Virus record (IMG/VR): IMGVR_UViG_2778261176_000005
Length of the DNA: 4,071 nucleotides
Source: a virus
Lineage: Duplodnaviria; Heunggongvirae; Uroviricota; Caudoviricetes
Strand: one strand, 5' to 3'
Shown: positions 1-4,071 of the stretch, piece after piece
How the letters are laid out: each line of letters opens with the position of its first letter
Position numbering within the stretch: the stretch's first letter is position 1
The notes under the pieces: generated by a model
Told to the model about the DNA's origin: nothing
What the model saw: the letters and a program-made list of their open reading frames with translations, nothing else
The model's database searches: none
Position numbers and translations under genes: made by a program

Positions 1-103
1 GCATATCGGTAATAGTGTCAATGACTGGTGTCTGGTTGTCCTTTTTTATCGACAGTGCACCAGCTCCGACGATTGTCGTCTTATTCGCGGTTGTGTTCAT
101 CAT
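1..103 (-). CDS. hypothetical protein, N-terminal part only (gene starts in window and runs past position 1)
   Basis: Tandem ATG ATG at 103..98 with GGTGA five nt upstream; frame is open to the window edge, with an in-frame stop upstream at 178..176. Translation MMNTTANKTTIVGAGALSIKKDNQTPVIDTITDM... is not recognised. The opposite strand is also open here (see findings), so strand assignment is uncertain. Confidence 0.3.
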   Translation of the reverse strand, partial: MMNTTANKTTIVGAGALSIKKDNQTPVIDTITDM

Positions 104-316
104 GACGTTCACCGTTACCAGCATCAACGCACGCACAAAGGGAAACACCCATACACAGGATTTGTCATCACCCAATTAGCACAACATCCGAGGGCAGCAT
201 CGTCCGCTGGCCCACAGAAGTCCGGAAAGTCATGGAAGGTCGTTGTTGGGAGGAGGTACAAATTCTCTCATGCAAAAAATACGTAAAATCGATAATAGCT
301 GGAAATAATTCAATAC

Positions 317-377
317 ATGCACTCTCGAAAGTGCATCAGCCAACCGCAGAACGTTATTGCATACAACGTTTCTGCGG
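317..377. terminator. two adjacent stem-loops downstream of the tfa remnant; possible terminator between transcription units
   Basis: Hairpin A 317..336: ATGCAC/GTGCAT 6-bp stem, 8-nt loop. Hairpin B 344..377: CCGCAGA-ACGTT paired with AACGTTTCTGCGG, with a 1-nt bulge. On the minus strand hairpin A is followed by a moderately T-rich tract (GTATTGAATTATTTCC), not a clean U-run. Confidence 0.3.
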
Positions 378-391
378 CATAATCCCAATGA

Positions 392-520
392 TTACTCCCT
401 GACAGGGTTCGTAGGCCACTCAATATCAGGTGCAGTTGATGTATCAACACGGTTCAGCAGCATCCGATACTTTTTCCAAGCTTCCAGCAACGGGGTTTCT
501 TCCTCCGTTGCATATACAGC
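392..520 (-). pseudogene. tfa: tail fibre assembly protein (Tfa) 3' remnant; conserved C-terminal segment only, no start codon or N-terminal domain
   Basis: Minus-strand frame 520..392 translates [42 protein letters not shown]. This matches the C-terminus of phage lambda Tfa as I recall it (...[39 protein letters not shown]). An in-frame TGA at 523..521 sits directly upstream, and the same frame further upstream is Cys/Trp-rich nonsense. Only an internal ATG (463..461) and a TTG (490..488) are available as starts, neither with a good SD. Confidence 0.75.
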
Positions 521-530
521 TCACCTTTTT

Positions 531-671
531 TCACCCACGATTAACCAACAGCCAGACCAGCAGACACGCCACCACCGGCACAGCAAAATCCATAAGGCTT
601 GCCACATCCCACACGCGCGGATCAAAACCGCCCCACCACGGCATATTCATACGCTTGCCATGCCCGAACAT
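531..671 (-). CDS. speculative small ORF (46 aa) with a predicted single transmembrane helix
   Basis: ATG 671..669 to TGA 533..531. Translation MFGHGKRMNMPWWGGFDPRVWDVASLMDFAVPVVACLLVWLLVNRG has an uncharged C-terminal stretch (FAVPVVACLLVWLLV) of roughly 15-20 residues, plausible for one TM segment. Weak SD (TGGAT). An in-frame TAG precedes the ATG, so there is no longer version. Confidence 0.2.
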   Translation of the reverse strand: MFGHGKRMNMPWWGGFDPRVWDVASLMDFAVPVVACLLVWLLVNRG

Positions 672-1179
672 TTCAATCCAGCGATATTCTGCCTAGGTGT
701 GTTCACGCGCAATGAAGAACGTACAACCGGCTATAGCTCTGTAAGCCCAGTTTCCGATAAGAAAGTGAGCGAATTAGATGATTAATCCTTTATATTCAAT
801 GCAATAGAATCAATTTTGAGGGGTTTTAAGGATTAGTGTAACAATACAGGTAATTCCATTGATATCAGTCTATTGCAATCTTGTTTTGGAGAATAGTTTC
901 GAGCACTTTTAATCTCTGCTATCACTTTTTCACCAAGGCTCTTTTATAGCTCTCCACTTAAAAACCCCGTCTGCTAAAATAGCCGGGATTATCATTTGTT
1001 AAAGAAAAATTCCTAAAATCCCCGCCAGCACAAACAATCACTTGCTCATTCATGCTTTATCAAGAAAATATCCCTGCAAGTTGTGTTGTTTCTTTCTGCG
1101 TCCCGACAGGGTGTTATGGTTCCCCACTTCTCTCGGGACGGACACTTAACGGACGGAAAATTTTCAGGTGTCATTCAGA

Positions 1180-1215
1180 CGTGCTTCGCCCCGGATTGGC
1201 AAAGCACGCTTTTTT
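1180..1215 (+). terminator. rho-independent terminator-like hairpin oriented on the plus strand, abutting the stop codon of the minus-strand fibre gene
   Basis: Stem 1180..1186 (CGTGCTT) pairs with 1202..1208 (AAGCACG); inner GCC/GGC pairs around a CCGGATT loop; then C and TTTTTT at 1210..1215. On the minus strand the same hairpin is preceded by an A-run and not followed by a U-run, so it is a plus-strand terminator or a 3' UTR stabiliser for stf. Confidence 0.5.
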
Positions 1216-1220
1216 CTGTC

Positions 1221-3962
1221 TCAGCTCATCCCGTTTTGTGACAGTGTTGTTCCGACAATCAATTTAACCAGCAGTTTGCAGGGTAATACTCCCCCTTCAG
1301 CATTCGCTTCTTCATCCAGTGTTTTCATATTCAGCGCATACCAGGGCGCGCCCTGCATAACCGCGCATACATCCACCGTCACAGTGCTGTTTGTCGCCGA
1401 AACTGCATTCACAAAATACTGTGCTGGTACATAGCGTCGCTCCTGATCCATATAGAGATAGCCTGGTTCAATCAGCGCCGACATAAATACCCCGATACCA
1501 CCAACGACGCCTTTCTTCAGTGGATTGGTAATTTCCAGCGTGAGTGCATAAACCCGTGAACCGTCGGGCAGACTCCTGAAAGTATCCAGGTTTGAATTCA
1601 GGCTTTTTGTTGCCACCTTGGGTATAACCGGATGCGCACCATCAACAAACAATGCGTCTGACTGCTTTTTCAACAGATTTGTTTTCGATGAAAGGATTTG
1701 TGGCACCGCCTCCCTGTACCACATTTTCGTTGTCGCGTTGTAGACAAAATTGACTGAACTGCCTGAACTGAGCTGTGCGGGAACATCAGGAATTTGTACA
1801 CCACGGGAGATAAATGATACCCGTGCAATATCATTTTTCGCAGCAATCGAAAGGCGTCCGCCATCCGCTGCACCTGAAACCAGATTAAACTGGATATATG
1901 ACAGCGACGAATCATTATCCACAAATAATACCGTATTATCATTCAGGTCATTCACAACAATCTGCGCATTGTCGACCGGGGTAACGTGTCTGATGTCATG
2001 CGTGAAAAATTCAATATCGCCTCCACCAATGACTGAGCGCCCGTTGATGCGCATAAAATCGCCCACCTGTAATTCAGGTGTTCGCCCCCAGCTGGCAACC
2101 GATATTGCCGACACGACATCAGATATTGTCACCCGGGCTGTTCTTCTCATCTGAACGCGCTTTATTGCCACGTTCACAGCCCCTTCTGAGCCTGTCACCT
2201 TACCTGCCCAGGCAAAAAAATCGCTCAGCGCAAACTCATCAATGCCCGCATAATTCTGATACAGATCCGGGTATGATTTGTTCAGTGCATCAAGAACCGC
2301 CCGGCCATATGTTTCAATTTCATCATGTGTACTGAGAACCCCAAAACGCCACGGTGCTACCGAAAAACGATCTTTCTGAACAAAACGTTGCCAGGATGCC
2401 TGTTCAGGATAGTCTGCTTCTCCCCAGTATGTTCTGAAACGACAGGCTGACGGTTCGAACAGAGATAATATTCCGTTCCTGATTTTATTCAGCGCCGCTG
2501 TATATCGTTCCTTCGCCTCTGCATCATCAAGCAGCTGGCAGAGCGATACCAGGCCCCGTAACCCGGCATACACTTCGGCATTATCCTGACAAAAATACAG
2601 CTCATACTGATTTCCCCCTGGTGCCCTGTTATTCTGGAACACCCGGGTCAGATTATACGGCCCTGTCTGACTGACCAGATTATTGTCTGCAACGCGACAA
2701 ATAACATCCCAGCGACTGTAACCGGCCACACCGGACGGCTCCAGTAACCAGGCTTTATCCGCAAAAGTGGCAATACAGGCGAGCCACAATGCTGCGTAGC
2801 TGTCCGTTGAGTCCGGTGCAACCGGATACCGGAGTGATGAATCAATATCCACAAAAAACCACTGCCATGATTCCGGAATTTCTTTAACCGTATTTCCCAG
2901 GCATTCCAGAACCAGTGTTCCTGTTCGCACAAAATCGCCACGTGATACAGTGCTGACATCGGGAACCGAATCCCCCGACACACCGGAAATATTGACATAA
3001 AAAAGTTTATTCCCGACCACAATTCGCTGACCGGAAATATATGAACTGTTGGTCTGAAAGGGTACAAATATTCCCAGCGTTATCGCCTTTTCACAGACAG
3101 TCTTCCTGTCCGCAAGCGTAAAAACCTTTCCTTCACTCTCATACATTGCGAGGAAGAGAAAATACCAGTTAATACCGCCTGATGCGGTCAGATAGCGATA
3201 CAGCCCATGACAGGCACCACCGGATATTTTAAGACTGGCAAGATAACCATTCAGATCCGTTACAGAGTACCGGGTTGATACTGCCTGGTGCGCATCAATA
3301 AATCCCCGAACGCTTTCTGCCGCCTCTTCAGCATCCCGGGCATCCTGTTTCGTTGCCTCCCTGTCTGATGCCGTGGCTTCCGCGTTCTTTCTGGCCTCAC
3401 TCGCAAAACGTTCCGCATCATTGCGGGCTGATGCTGCTGCCGCTGCATCCTGTCCTGTCTGAGCCGCTTTCTTTTCCGCATTTTGTGCATGACGTTGTGC
3501 GTTTCGCTCACTTTCTGCAGAATCTCCGGCTGCCTTTTTGGCATCATCTGCCGCCACTACAGCATCATGTGCCGCCTGTTGTATTTGTTCGCTGTCGCCC
3601 CGGACACCTTCGGCTATACGGTTAATTTCCGCTGCAATATCTTCAAAGCGTTTGAGAATATCCGGACGAAGATCATCTTCACTCACGGCCCCCAGGAAAT
3701 AATTCAGCGTGCCCGGCGGCGAATCCGCATACACAGTAATGTCACCGGCATATGACGGTGGATACCCCTCAATAAAAAGCGAAACGGCATACCGCCCCGG
3801 CTCAACATTCATGCTGTAACGCCCGGCTTCATCCGGATTTTCTGAGGCAAGGGTATTCACTATCACGGTATCGGTCGTTCTTTTTGCCTTCAGAACGATC
3901 GTACACCCCTGAACAGGTTTTCCTGTGCCATCCTTCAGCACACCGGAAATCAGAACAGACAT
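1221..3962 (-). CDS. stf: phage side tail fibre protein (lambdoid Stf-like), 913 aa: conserved N-terminal domain, Ala/Asp/Glu-rich linker, divergent C-terminal domain
   Basis: Single long minus-strand ORF (track ORF 1221..4004). I take the start as the second ATG at 3962..3960: it has GGAGG four nt upstream and gives MSVLISGVLKDGTGKPVQGCTIVLKAKR..., which parallels the lambda Stf N-terminus as recalled (MAVKISGVLKDGTGKPVQNCTIQLKARR...). Stop TGA at 1223..1221. Gene order lom - stf - tfa matches lambda. Confidence 0.9.
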   Translation of the reverse strand: MSVLISGVLKDGTGKPVQGCTIVLKAKRTTDTVIVNTLASENPDEAGRYSMNVEPGRYAVSLFIEGYPPSYAGDITVYADSPPGTLNYFLGAVSEDDLRPDILKRFEDIAAEINRIAEGVRGDSEQIQQAAHDAVVAADDAKKAAGDSAESERNAQRHAQNAEKKAAQTGQDAAAAASARNDAERFASEARKNAEATASDREATKQDARDAEEAAESVRGFIDAHQAVSTRYSVTDLNGYLASLKISGGACHGLYRYLTASGGINWYFLFLAMYESEGKVFTLADRKTVCEKAITLGIFVPFQTNSSYISGQRIVVGNKLFYVNISGVSGDSVPDVSTVSRGDFVRTGTLVLECLGNTVKEIPESWQWFFVDIDSSLRYPVAPDSTDSYAALWLACIATFADKAWLLEPSGVAGYSRWDVICRVADNNLVSQTGPYNLTRVFQNNRAPGGNQYELYFCQDNAEVYAGLRGLVSLCQLLDDAEAKERYTAALNKIRNGILSLFEPSACRFRTYWGEADYPEQASWQRFVQKDRFSVAPWRFGVLSTHDEIETYGRAVLDALNKSYPDLYQNYAGIDEFALSDFFAWAGKVTGSEGAVNVAIKRVQMRRTARVTISDVVSAISVASWGRTPELQVGDFMRINGRSVIGGGDIEFFTHDIRHVTPVDNAQIVVNDLNDNTVLFVDNDSSLSYIQFNLVSGAADGGRLSIAAKNDIARVSFISRGVQIPDVPAQLSSGSSVNFVYNATTKMWYREAVPQILSSKTNLLKKQSDALFVDGAHPVIPKVATKSLNSNLDTFRSLPDGSRVYALTLEITNPLKKGVVGGIGVFMSALIEPGYLYMDQERRYVPAQYFVNAVSATNSTVTVDVCAVMQGAPWYALNMKTLDEEANAEGGVLPCKLLVKLIVGTTLSQNGMS

Positions 3963-3966
3963 ATGT

Positions 3967-3971
3967 CCTCC
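3967..3971 (-). promoter_or_regulatory. Shine-Dalgarno sequence (GGAGG) for stf
   Basis: Minus-strand sequence reads TGGTGGAGGACAT then ATG; GGAGG lies four nt before the ATG at 3962..3960. Confidence 0.6.
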
Positions 3972-3972
3972 A

Positions 3973-3998
3973 CCAAAAGGCCCGCACGAACTGCGGGC
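3973..3998 (-). terminator. intergenic GC-rich hairpin with short T-tract between lom and stf; candidate terminator or attenuator
   Basis: Minus strand reads GCCCGCA-GTTCG-TGCGGGC followed by CTTTTGG (plus-strand arms 3980..3986 and 3992..3998, A-tract 3975..3978). 7-bp stem, 5-nt loop, only four U, so probably a partial terminator; it sits immediately upstream of the stf SD. Confidence 0.4.
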
Positions 3999-4025
3999 TG
4001 TCACAACGCGATATTCCCTGGCTAA

Positions 4026-4071
4026 TCAGAATTTATAACCGACACCCACGATGAAACCGTCAGTGCGCCAG
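4026..4071 (-). CDS. lom: Lom-family (Ail/OmpX-like) outer-membrane beta-barrel protein, C-terminal 14 codons plus stop; gene continues past the right edge
   Basis: Minus-strand translation of 4070..4026 is WRTDGFIVGVGYKF*, identical to the C-terminus of lambda Lom as I recall it (...GDWRTDGFIVGVGYKF). It also carries the aromatic C-terminal Phe signature of outer-membrane barrels and sits immediately upstream of stf as in lambda. Confidence 0.8.
   Translation of the reverse strand, partial: WRTDGFIVGVGYKF

Noticed and set aside
248-256. Strong SD-like GGGAGGAGG on the plus strand
   Set aside because: Nearest downstream ATG (270..272) is about 13 nt away and opens only a 12-codon ORF. The motif is simply the complement of a Pro-Pro-Pro-rich minus-strand stretch.
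357-785. Plus-strand ORF of 142 aa from the track, and the nested 88-aa ORF 430..696
   Set aside because: Antisense to the tfa remnant and the 46-codon ORF; translation is His/Pro/Thr/Ser-rich low-complexity sequence typical of a non-coding frame; no SD before the ATG.
392-785. An intact tfa gene read with a frameshift
   Set aside because: Upstream of the conserved block all three minus frames were translated. None gives Tfa-like sequence, and the matching frame is Cys/Trp-rich with several stops, so it is a remnant rather than a recently frameshifted gene.
1052-1434. Plus-strand track ORFs 1052..1267 and 1168..1434
   Set aside because: Both run through the terminator-like hairpin and into the 3' end of the fibre gene on the opposite strand; Cys/Phe/Ser-rich translations with no SD. 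Most likely chance ORFs.
1670-3755. Seven embedded track ORFs inside the fibre gene (minus strand 1670..1942, 2648..3067, 3260..3547; plus strand 1750..2154, 2078..2335, 3353..3625, 3483..3755)
   Set aside because: All lie wholly within the 913-codon fibre ORF in alternative or antisense frames. Translations are Arg/His/Pro/Cys-rich and none has a ribosome-binding site.
3963-4004. Upstream ATG at 4004 as the fibre start (927-aa version, MTARSSCGPFGGGHM...)
   Set aside because: No SD in front of it, and the extra 14 codons overlap the intergenic hairpin. The second ATG has GGAGG at the right distance and gives the conserved MSVLISGVLKDG N-terminus.
1-4071. CRISPR arrays, tRNA/rRNA genes, insertion sequences, integrase/att sites, or known defence or toxin-antitoxin systems
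   Set aside because: No spaced direct repeats, no tRNA-like cloverleaf candidates, no terminal inverted repeats flanking a transposase-sized ORF, and no ORF resembling a nuclease, ATPase or methyltransferase.

Overview
This window reads as the distal end of a lambda-like prophage tail-fibre locus, all on the minus strand, in the lambda order lom - stf - tfa. The last 15 codons of a Lom-family outer-membrane protein gene run in from the right edge (4026..4071). A 63-bp intergenic hairpin and a GGAGG ribosome-binding site follow. The main feature is a 913-aa side tail fibre gene (1221..3962). Its first ~100 aa match the conserved lambdoid Stf N-terminal domain, followed by an Ala/Asp/Glu-rich linker and a ~690-aa C-terminal domain I cannot place in any family from memory. 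Downstream, a canonical tfa chaperone gene is missing; only a 42-codon 3' remnant of tfa survives (392..520), cut off by an in-frame stop. The ~700 bp between the fibre stop and the remnant has no convincing gene. It contains a plus-strand terminator-like hairpin abutting the fibre stop, a visibly AT-rich stretch and a 46-codon ORF for a possible single-pass membrane peptide. The left edge (1..~180) has open frames on both strands that I cannot resolve. I see no rRNA, tRNA, CRISPR array, transposase or known defence-system signature. The most interesting item is the replaced fibre C-terminal module together with the decayed tfa, which is a module swap in a known hotspot rather than a clearly new system. 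All homology statements are from recalled protein sequences, not searches.
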